Part shown: one piece after another, positions 49,360 to 60,560 of the stretch
How the letters are laid out: each line of letters begins with the position of its first letter
Position numbering within the stretch: the stretch's first letter is position 1
DNA from: Oopsacas minuta
Taxonomy: Eukaryota; Animalia; Porifera
Reading direction: 5' to 3'
Assembly (NCBI GenBank): GCA_024704765.1
Contig: JAKMXF010000122.1
Span: 329,356-393,355 of the forward strand
Length of the DNA: 64,000 nucleotides
The notes under the pieces: generated by a model
What the model was told of the DNA's origin: nothing
Databases searched by the model: none
What the model saw: the letters and a program-made list of their open reading frames with translations, nothing else
Position numbers and translations under genes: made by a program

Positions 49360-51760
49360 AAATTTCATATCGTATCACATATTTACAGTGACCTCAACAA
49401 ACATTAAGTACTTTCATACAATATCACCTGTTATCACATATTTACAGTGATTCCAGAATTTTCAACTATATTGAATCAATATCACCTGATATTACATGTT
49501 TCACAGGGATTCCAACATGTAACAAGGTATGAATTCAATTTATCTTGTTGGCACATATCTTGCGTTTTTGACATGTGACAAGTGTTTTCATTTAATTTCA
49601 CTTGATGTCACCTATTCAAATTGATTCTAACATGAAAAATTTTTCATTCAAATAGATCTGTTAGTACAAATATACCGTAATTCGCCATGTTACATGTTTC
49701 TCTTTCAATTTCACTTGTTAACTTATATTCACAGCGAATCCAACATATAAAAAGTTTTTCATTCAATTCCACCTGTCACACATGTTGGACCCCTGCTAAT
49801 ATGCGATAATAAGTGAAATTGGATGAGAAAATCGGTTACATGTCAGAACTACTCTGAATATCTGATCATAGTTAGAATTGAATGAAAAACCTTCATAAAT
49901 GTCGTAACCACTGTCATTATGTGATAATGGTGGAATTGAATGAGAACCCAATTTTCCTGTTGGAATCATTGTGAATACGTCATAACAGGTGAATTTAAAT
50001 GAAAACACTTGTTACATGTCAGAACCACCGTGAATCAGTGATCTCGTTTAGAATTTAATGAAGAAATTGCATTGATGTTGTAATCACTGCGAATATTTGA
50101 TTTCAGTTTGAATTTAATTAAAACCTTGTTACATATTCGAATCACTGTGATTTTTTGATAACAGGTTGAAATTGAATGAAATAACTTCCTACATCTTGGA
50201 CTCGCTGGAAATATGACATATCAGACGAAATTGAATGAGAAACTTATTAAATGTTGGGATAGCTGTGAATATGTTGTATTAACAGGTGAAATTGAATGAC
50301 AATACTTTATATACAGGGTTAGGCATAAGTTCTGAAACAAGTTTAAACTAATATATTTCTTATTTTACCATAATAGTAGTTGAAATTCGTAATGAATTAG
50401 TGAACATACATACTAAGGATACGAAATTAATCTAGCTCTTCGAATGTATTGCCCTTTGCTGCGATACATAGACTCAATCGCTTATAGAAACTATCGACAG
50501 CAGCACGTAACACGTCCTCACTGATTTAATCCCACTCTCTTCTCAAGGAAGACTTCAGACTTTCGACATTCTTGTGAGGCTTTGCACATACCCTGGACTC
50601 TAAGATGGACCATATACAGAAATCCATAGGGTTTAGATCTGGAGAAGAGGCTGGTCATTCTTCAGTTGATATAAATTCCGGTACATTGAGTTTCAACCAC
50701 TCAGATGTCATTTTGGCTTTGTGGGAGGGAGCGGAATCTTGCTGGAACACCCAATGCGTGCCATTGAAGTGCTCACAAGGCCAAGGCTTCAATGCGTTCT
50801 CTAAAATGCTCTCTACATACACCTCTTTGTTAATTTTCACCCCTTTGTCAATGAACACCAGAGGTGTCCGACCATCAGAGGTAATAGCTCCCCAAACCAT
50901 GACCGATGCAGGTTTTTGAGTTCTTTTGCTTGTGCGTATTGATGACGATATAGACTTTTGATCTGGAGCAAGAATTCGACTGTTTTGGCGATTATATGCC
51001 ATTTCTACGGTAAAAATCTTCTCATCGGAGAAGACAATACTCTGGTGCGTGCCACCAGTGAACCTTTTTCTCAGAATCAGACATTTTTCATACCTACGCC
51101 TCTTATTCACCTCAGAAAGTACTGTACCTCTCGAAATTTGTAGCATTTCAAGCCTAAATCCTCTTTTACTATCCTCCCCATACTTCTGGTTGAAATATTG
51201 AAGTCTTTGCCATGCCTTGGATGCTTCTGACAGGATTCTTCCTGACCTTCTCCCGGACGAGCTTCCTAACAGCAGGAATACGAACAGAACGAGGTATACC
51301 TTTTCTGAACCTGTCCTGGGTACTGCCAGTCTCTTTGTAACGTTTGATTGGTATAGTAGACTATCCATCTGTTTATGGACAGTATTTTTGATATTACCGA
51401 TGCTGACTTGCCTTCATTATGATACAAGATTTTCAATGACCATTTTGCTTCTTTGTCTATAAATCAAAAAAATTTTTCTAGTAGGACTCAATACTCTAAA
51501 TATAGTTTAAAAAGATATTGAAGATAATATATGATAAATAAATATTCACCTAAAACCATTCGTAGAACCCATAGCTTAATTCAAATTTTGTTTCATAACT
51601 TATGCCTAACCCTGTAAGTTGTAATCTGTGACTATGTGATAGCATGTGAGATTGATTGAGAGAACAAGTTTCATGTTGGAATCATAGTGAAAATATGAGA
51701 AAGCTGAAATTCAATGAACTGTACTTATGTTTCGAAATATTTTGAGCACATGATATTTTG
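49360..51760. repeat. ~60-bp satellite (same family as 7430-8700) with an orientation switch at ~49780, interrupted by 50314-51614
   Basis: ATTCAATTTCACTTGTT..CATATTCACAG units run to 49780. After that the units are reverse-complemented (AACAGGTGAAATTGAATGA). Confidence 0.85.
50314..51614 (-). mobile_element. Tc1/mariner, DD37D (maT-like)
   Basis: TIRs CAGGGTTAGGCATAAGTT(C/A)TGAAACAA, flanked by TA. IVFSDEKIF, VMVWGAITSDG, FQQDSAPSH, SSPDLNPMDF. Confidence 0.95.
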
Positions 51761-52259
51761 AGTCATCTGTATTTGTGGACTATGGATGTCCTATTAGCCT
51801 AATACTTTGAGTCGTGTTACTGAACAATGAATGTTAGCCTATGGTAATATTTTAAGTCAAATTTATTACATGGCAGGAACTATGCTACTCCAAAAATGAC
51901 GATTCAAATATTACACTCAGTGAGTTACGTTATACAAGTTCGTACATTATTGCACTTGTACGAGTTCAGGAATGACAATAACAGAAAATTAGGAAATCCG
52001 TAAGTGTTTCAATAAAATTGTACCGATATGTGGCTTGATAGCCGATGATGTGATGAAATATCGATCATGCACGTAAAGAATATGTATTTGAGTACTTATT
52101 ACTAACTAGCTAATATCATTTGTAAATGAATTCAATCTAAAACGTATGCACTACAATGCATAAACAAAATCCTAAATGTCAGTAAGGTCCATCTTATCTA
52201 CCATCCTATATGTTAAATAGAGACTATTTAACATTGTTTTCACCGGCACGAAATGAAAA

Positions 52260-52680
52260 GCAAAATTTGTGAAATTCATCGAAATGTTGTAGGTATAGTT
52301 TGCTGCTCTTATTTGGCTCCAGTGGACCTCATTAACACTAGAGCTCTGACTCTTGCGTCAATCATTAGTCACATATATATCTGATTCTACGATTGCAGAT
52401 GCTACGATTAATTCTACATCTCCGCCCCAAGTAGATTCTAGAATTACTGAGTTTTCATTCATCAGATATTTGAATGGGGTTGTACCTTTCTAGTGGAAAT
52501 ACCATACAAGCTGGGTTGCACCATTACTTGCAATAAATTTCGCAATAATAGAGCGAATGTAAGGCGTTCATCCTGAATACCAGTTATTATTTGTGACAGG
52601 CACCGAAATAGGCATTTCTACCTCCAACGATTGTTTCAGTCTCCCAAGGTTTATAGCTGCATAGTTGTTGTTCGACATAA
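52260..52680 (-). pseudogene. OTU-like cysteine protease (deubiquitinase-fold) relic
   Basis: IVGGRNAYFGAC (decayed xGDGNCxFRA), QIITGIQD, IRSIIAKFI, STWGGDVELIVASAIVESDIYV, read across frameshifts. Confidence 0.65.
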
Positions 52681-53099
52681 TTGGTAGGTTGATTAGATAC
52701 TGAATTGAAAGGTAAATCAAGTAAATTCCATTTATCTTGTGGCCAGGATTCAGTCACGATAAGTATAATAGGATTGTTATGTAGCTCAGGTGAACGTTTT
52801 GGCCACCATTCATCAATAGTTTCCCACAGCATTGTGTTAAGATATTGGAATGTCTAATGGAAGTAAGAGATGTTAAAGAAACAACTGTTAATGATATATA
52901 CGTTGAAAAAAAATAAACTCACAACTCCATGTAATACTAGATCAGCATATATTTTAGCATCTTCAAAGATGAATCTTGATAATACTCTGTTGACCATTTT
53001 TGCAGTGTGTTCCTAACCTTCAATATCTAGATGTACGAGTAAATGTATGAATATATATACATAATATATGAAGGTGTTACATATTATTGAAATATAATA

Positions 53100-53169
53100 C
53101 AGCACACTCCCGATTATCGGGACACCTCGGGGATTTGGCCAAGGTGTCCCAGCAAGCGGGAGTGCGCTG
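53100..53169. mobile_element. 70-bp pogo-type MITE (two TIRs only)
   Basis: CAGCACACTCCCGATTATCGGGACACC ... GGTGTCCCAGCAAGCGGGAGTGCGCTG, flanked by TA. Confidence 0.7.
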
Positions 53170-53223
53170 TACTTAAATAAAAGCTCGATTGAAAATATCA
53201 CTAAAATAGATATTAAGTACTTA

Positions 53224-54513
53224 TTTGGGCGTGCAATAAGTCTTGTGGATCATGTTATATCTCAGGAACTAGTCATATATTATGAGCCCATATAATTAAA
53301 CTCCATATACTAAAAGTTTCAAGCACATTCAATAAAAATTATGATTTTTTGAGAAAATTACGTGTAGTCAATTCATACCTACTGTTCTATTTATGGCTTC
53401 AAAGGAAAATATTTTAACCTCAAATGGCGAGCTTACATAGAGTTTCGTACAATACCCAAGATCCAGTCGTACAGGTCTTCAGCGAGATATAGGAGATATT
53501 GTGCGTGCATTGCCCTTCCAGATCTACTGTAGAGGGATGGGTTGCCCGTTTTAGGTCTGGTGATGCTGATGTCACAAATTTACCTCGATCTGGAGACCGA
53601 TATCTGGCACCACTTCAGAGAATATCGCACTGATTGAAAGTACGGTCATGGAAGACAAGTGCATTACTTTCAATCAGTTGGAACAGAGAAGGGAGATTTC
53701 ATCGGGAGCTATTCATACAATTCTGACGACTGAGCTTGGCTACCGATCGATTTGTGTGAAATGGGTCCAACATAACTCAGTGACAATCAAAGATGGGCAC
53801 GAATGAATATTACCAAGAAACTCTTAGAAACTTATGAGAAATGCGATTCTAGACGCCTAACAGAGATTGTTACTGGTGAAGAGACGTGGGTATAATATTC
53901 AACACCATATAGTCAGTATAAGAAGCGATCATGGGTGAGGGGCGAAGAACAACCGGCGAAAAGAAAACTTAAGATTATGTATACCATCTTCTTCAGTACA
54001 CATGGAATTGTCTTGCAATTACCTTGTGAGAGTGGCAAGGCTGTTACTGCTACTTTCTTTACAGAGCAAGTCCTTCCAAACTTGAGAAAAATATAGAAAA
54101 GCACCGCCCAAAACCAGAACTTGAGAAATGAAGATTTTAATCAATAATGCCAGTTCCCATACAGCCAAGCTTACCAAAGATTTCTTGGATGTAGAAGGGT
54201 TAGAATTACTTCCTCATCCACCATACTCACCAGACCTAGTTCCGTGTGATTTTTGGCTATTCCACAAGCTTAAAATCTACCTTTGAGGCAAAGATTTTAA
54301 CACATTACAAGCACTCGGAACTGGCCTGTACCAGTACTTCATATCCATCCCCGAAGAAGAGTACAGAAATGTGTTTTACAAGTGGGTGGAAAAGTTAAAA
54401 CTTTGTGTATCTGCGGGAGGGGATTATTTGAATACATAATATAGTGTATTAGTGTGTATAGTGTTTGTATCATATTCTATGATATCACCCGCAAGACTTA
54501 TTGAACGCTCTAT
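53224..54513 (+). mobile_element. mariner (DD34D); decayed
   Basis: TIRs ..GGGCGTGCAATAAGTCTTG / ..GAGCGTTCAATAAGTCTTGCGGG, flanked by TA. IVTGEETWV, NNASSHT, LPHPPYSPDLVPCDFWLF. Confidence 0.93.
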
Positions 54514-54515
54514 TA

Positions 54516-56867
54516 CAGTTATTCTCAATCGGAGATCCGCGACCTCGCTTTGGGCCGCAGGTTTATTTGCACGGGCCATCAGAACTCTTTAAAAATGAAT
54601 AGTTTCCCCTTTTTACAAACTACAGTGTACTCAGAAATAATCATATTTTTTGAATATATATAATTGATTTTGTGGATTTGATTAAACGCTCTTCACAATT
54701 AAACACACATTATCTTCCACTTCGGAGTTCTGTCAATTTGTAACAATTGATTCTTGTTACATATTTGAGTGTCTTTCATTATACGAAGTTTTACCTATTC
54801 CTGTTGATAAATAATTTGTTATGTGGTATCCAATCCTTGCAAAGCAAAGCGCGCTCGTACCGATATTCTGCATTAACATTGATCGCATACAAATGTGTTC
54901 TTTTAGTTTCATCACTTATTACAAAGAAAATGGCAACATCCACCACTGCTTCAAGTAAAAGGAAATACCATAAATCGTTATTAAACATGGTTTCACTTCA
55001 ATTATTACTTCTAAAGGAGAAGAAAAACCCCAAAGCGTTTTGTGCGGGATATTTTGTCAATAGAAGCTACGAAGCCGAGTAAAATGAAACGACATCTCAC
55101 ATCTTGTCATCCCGAACATACTAATAATGATAGAGATTTTTTCAATACAAAGCACAAGCAATGAAAAGAATGGGTTTGGATGAAGACGGACAATTTCAAT
55201 CTCAGACAAAGGCTGCAATCGAGCTTCTATATCAAATATGACCTAAGATTGCTCGAACGAAAAAGCCAAATACAATCAGAGAGGAAGTGATTCTTCCTTG
55301 TGCTTATGATATTGTTTGACTGTTAATTGGAGAAGATCATGTAAAGAATGTAAGCTCCCTACCATTGTCGAATAATACACTTCAGAGACGAAATCTGACA
55401 TGTCAAGTAAGCAAGTCATAACAGAATTTTTAAAATACTCCTTTTGGCTTATTCAGCTTACAATTGGATGAGAGTACTGATGTGGAGGATTATGCTCAAC
55501 TTGTGGCCTTTGCTCGTTATTCAAGAGATGGTCATTAATAAGAATAATTTCCCTTTTGCAAATCACGTGAAACAACCACAAAAGCTATAGATGCCTTTGA
55601 AAATGTTCAAGTCATTTTGGAAATGTATGGAATTAAGTGGAGAAATTTATGCGACTTGTGCATAGATGTCGGGCTTTCAATACTTGGTTCTAGATGCGGT
55701 TTTCAAACATTAGATAAGGATAAGTCCCCTGAAGTTACTGGAACATATTGTGTGATTCATAGGCAATGTTGGCTGCAAAGACACTACCTGATATACTATA
55801 AGGCATCTTCGAGAATGTAATTAAAGCAGTATATTGGATTAAAAGTAGAGCACTAAATACCCGGCTATTTCGACAACTTTGTCGAGAAATGGGAGTAGAT
55901 GACGAAGTATTGCTATATCATACTGACGTTCGAGGGCTATCAAAGGAGAAAGTGTTGAAACGTTACTTGACCTGAGAGCAGAAAAATGTGAGTTTTTGAG
56001 TATTATGGGTCAAAATGAGCCCAAAATGTATTCAAGAACCAGAATCTATTTGGGCAGGCGTATTTAGTTGATATCTTCAATTGTTTTAACCAACTCTATC
56101 TCAATCTTCAAGGTCTTGATGCTTCAGTTTTGGAATTGTTTGAGAAGTTCAAAGCTTTCATAATGAAAATGCAACTTTGGTCCTTTAAATTGAAAGATAA
56201 CACAAATTTCATGATTCCCAATCTCCCCGAAATGATCGTGACTTCTGGGCCTGAATTGAATAGCGAGTTCATAAAATCAATGATGAAACATTTAGCAATT
56301 TTGTACGCAGAATTTACTCGCTATTTCCGCAACTATCAACTGAATCATTTTACACACATTAGGGATCCATTTGGAATGAATTTTGGGGATGTATCTGAGA
56401 TATTTCAAGAGGAATTTATTGAGAGTTAAACGACAGTTTAGCAAAGAACAGATATCAAACAATACCCTTAAACGAATTTTTGGGTGTCACCAATTGAGAT
56501 ATATCGCCTTATTTCAGAATCTGCATTATGCACTCTGATCCCATTCCGGACACATATTTATGTGAAAATACTTTTTCTACCTTAATGACTATTAAAACAA
56601 AGAAACGCAATCGTTTACAAGTAGTAGATGATTTGAGATGTGCTACTTCTACTATACAACCAAAAATCTAACAGCTTTTCTGAAAAGCACAAGCAACCTG
56701 ATATTTCAAATTTCCATAATTGTAGAACATTTTCATATATCAATATTTCATGCCAAAATAATGAGTTTGATAATTTAAAGTTATTGAAATTATGTTCAAT
56801 GTGTGAGCGAACTACTTAGCTCCATGGCTGAATGGGGTCTTGGGATTATGAGGCTTGAGAACCACTG
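54516..56867 (+). mobile_element. hAT transposon, Buster/Charlie (ZBED8/SCAND3/FAM200-like); decayed
   Basis: TIRs CAGTTATTCTCAA / CAGTGGTTCTCAA. KRKY N-terminus, LQLDESTD, CVIHRQ, TYLCE..FSTL..IKTKKRNRLQV. The 8-bp TSD was not confirmed. Confidence 0.85.
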
Positions 56868-57749
56868 TCCTAGTATAGGATTAAGTTCAGTAGAATCCTT
56901 GAGGAAGTGAAACAAATACGTATTCGGTACATAAAGGTGAAATTTATTGCGATATATATTTAAATCTTCTTGAAGTGTTGTGAAAAATGTTTAGACGAGG
57001 TACTCTGATATTGTAATGGCTAGAAATAGGATTATAGTTTGATTAATTGACAGCCTCAATTTGATTGCGTGGTGATTTACCTTAAGATTATTGAGATGTT
57101 TGAGGATACATTCTTCCGAATAGCCGTATATATTCTTTTCCAACGAAAATATTCCAAATATATAGATATTTTTAAGTAAATGGGCAATTTGGTGAAAAAA
57201 AGGGATTTACTTTTGGTATTTCATGAACTTGTAGTTGATGAGCTTTCTTCTTCCTAAGTGTTTTCGTTTCGATAAATTCTGGCAGTGACCGTTGTAATTC
57301 TGATATTATATCTGTCCTATCCTATTGAAGTATTTAGAAATTCATAAAACATTCGTATACTCTTTCTCCTGATCACATCTTAAGAGATTAAGACAACAAA
57401 TTTGTCGATTATCTTACTATCCTGCTGTAAGTATTTTCTTATTAAATGCAAGGGAAATTTTCTTAGTTTTGAATGAGGATTTTATTCTTGTCGACTACAA
57501 AAACATGCAATTTTGTTTTTTAAATAACTTTAAATGACCCTGTATATTCTTATTGATCATTTGTGTCTGGTACGCGTTTAGATTTTTCGATGTTATAGAC
57601 CAATATCATCATTCTCAATTAATTCCGATCTATCAATTATTCTCTAAAATATTAGTCGTGAGTCCAAATTATATCAAAATAAAGTGTACCTGTATTGAAC
57701 TACTTTTATCAAATAGATTTTTGCCTTAATTGTTCTTTTTCGATACTCA

Positions 57750-58080
57750 TTCTTGTCATGTCCAAATTCGATTCACGTTAGTTAAGATTATCACTGATCC
57801 TTTCATAGAATTGATTTTGAATATTTCCCTTTACATAAATCTTTCAATTTTTTCCATAATATTAGTTTTCTTTCCTCATCATCTTCCAGAATGTCGATAG
57901 CATTAAATTGGAATTGGTGAGGTTAAGTAAATACTCTGGCTGGACATCCTTCCAAATATTAGCTGGAATACTGTAAAGCTGGTAACTTGCTTTAGTTGTG
58001 TATTTAAAGCGATAATAGCTGACTGCAACTTTGACGGCCATTCCTCTCTGGATTCAATGCACATTATCCCGATCTCAATA
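57750..58080 (-). pseudogene. Integrase C-terminal fragment (Gypsy/Ginger1-type)
   Basis: EEWPSKLQSAIIALNTQLKAS followed, after a frameshift, by TSFTVFQLIFGR. This matches the W..L..A.NT....T..TPF.L.FGR pattern. Confidence 0.5.
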
Positions 58081-58539
58081 AAAGTATGTAATACATAGTT
58101 ACTTTAGCTTGAAAATATAATTATATGCATTCATTATACTTACCTAAGAAATATCTTGTTGTGAGATTCCACAGGTTCATTACTCTGTAGATAAAATTAT
58201 GATGTTTTTCGATTCTGCTTTAAATACAGTTCCTGTTTCATCTAATGCAATTTGTACCAGTGAGAATATCTCCGAAGATTCATCCCTTATCCTTACCGAG
58301 TGCTTTTCAAATCCTTTGATTTCATAGCCTGTACAAATTGATGATCCGGAAATATCAGTGATTAGGATTTCATTCTAATTGGAGATAAATGAATCCAGTG
58401 ATTTTACAGATAAGGACAATTCTCTCATTGAGGAATATTATTCTTAAGAATTGGTTGACTCTGTACCTAAAGAGTTTTCCTCACAGATTCTTGAATCTAC
58501 TACACTTCAACCCCATCTTCCGAATTTTCCTAATAATTA

Positions 58540-60560
58540 ATTTATGGTCGATATAGAAGCTTCCGATCAAAATGGTACAAAGAATTCTCTTGGATTTCAT
58601 ATATTCAAAATGACGGTATAGCAACATATTTCCCTTGCAAAATTTGGATCAGACTCAAAAGCCTTTCGTTATCAAAAATTGGTCAAAGGCCAAAAGACTA
58701 ACAAAACATGCAAAAGGTATTGCACATCAGAATCACATGATCGCTTGGATAAGATCTAAACCAAATAATCTAAGAGAAAGTTCAATTTTGTCACAAGTTC
58801 GAAAGCAAAGCGAGGAGATTGAAACTCTTGCTTTTTTGGCAAAACAAAATATTGCCATAAGAGGACATAAGGGAGATTAAAAGACTATCTGTGAGACATC
58901 AAATACAAATCGGGGCAATTTCCTTGAGCGAATTCATCTCAGGAGCAAAGATATACCATGGTTTAAAGAAAATTTCGAAGGGTTGAATAATCAACATAGA
59001 ATGTGGCTTAGTCCCCAAATCCAAAATGAGATCTCGGATTTAATCGCAAGCAACGTAACTAAAATCATACCAGATGAACTCATAGAAAGCAGAATGTAGC
59101 CAATAATTGCCGATGAAACCTTGGAAATAATCGTGATGAGCAGTGCTCTCTTTATCTTCGTTATGCTTCAAAAGGGATGACTAAGGAGAAATTTATTGGT
59201 TTAATCCAGCAAAATCGGCATCTGCAAAGCACTTTTTGAACTAGTTACAGAGTCATTAAAGGACTTAAATCTAGATCCAAGTTATATTGTTGGCCAAGGA
59301 TATGATGGTGTAGTAACATGAATGGGAAAAGGAAAGGATTACAAACTTTGACAGAATCAGTTGCTCCTAAATTGATTTATGTACATTGCTTTGGCCATTT
59401 ATTAAATCTTGCTGTCCAAAAATCAGTTTCAAAAGTGATTCCAGTTAGAAATACACTTGCATATTTGCGACAAATCGACACATTCATTGAGGCTAGTGCT
59501 TAACGACATCTTATACTCTAAGATACTCAAAAGGCTCGTGGTGAGAAAGTGATTGTGCTTCAGTCACAAAGTGAAACGCAATGGGCCATGCGACATGCGT
59601 CAGCCTCTGCCATTAAGAAGCGTCTCGGCTCCACAATCAATTCTATCATGAAATTCTCGCAATCGATTCGTCTACATCTGCAAAATCAGCGGGGGCCACT
59701 TAGTAAACAACATCTGTGATTTCCTTTCATGTTGTATTAATTTTTATCGTGAAATTATTGGGTATAAGCAGTGCATTATTCACTTATTTGCAGTCAGAGA
59801 CCATGGATGTAGTTCTTGCAAGAAAATCTGCGGAATTCACTTCACAAACCTGGAGATTCTTGAAATGGAGACAGCTTTTCTAAAATTTTGAATGAAACTG
59901 AGGTCATGGCAACTGAAGGGAGAATCATCCTCAATGACAAAAATACAGTTAATTTCAAAGAGTTAGAAGTTCCACGACGTCGCACCCGATTTGCGATTGC
60001 AATAGCAGCAGGACCTGCGATAACACCCGTAGTTGTATATAGTGAACCACGATCATTTGTCAAAGGGACCATTTATCTTCCTATGGTCTATGGATTTACA
60101 CAGGAAATCCAATCCCGATTTTCAGAAAATGATCAAGAAGTTCTGTGCGCACTTGCAGTTTTGATCATGCACCCAGAAAAACAGGATGTAAAGAAAGAAG
60201 CCGCTCTTGTTGCTGATTTTTATGAAATTGATGAAGACAATTTTCTATCAGAGAGAAAAAGTATAGTTGGACCATTAAAAGATGACGTTTCTAGTGTTCT
60301 CCGTCTGCCTACAAACTTTCTGAATGGATACATGAAAATGGAATTTCAGAATTTCTTCCCACGTTCTCTTTATTGGCACAAATTCCTCCGACCTCTTGTA
60401 GTGCCGAGCGTTCCTTTTCTGCCCTATGTTGAATAAAAACATATCTACTATCAAGGATCGGTCAGGAGAGACTGTCAAATGTTGCTATTCTGAACATTGA
60501 ATGGAATATTGCTGACTTTGTAATTGCAAATCATATGGATAACTTTAGCAACTCATTTGC
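58540..60560 (+). pseudogene. hAT transposase (ZMYM1/THAP12-like), fragmented
   Basis: FLAKQNIAIRGH, NRGNFLE, WLSPQIQNEI, IIADET, GQGYDG..MNG, YVHCFGHLLNLAVQ, SETQWAMRH. Confidence 0.85.
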
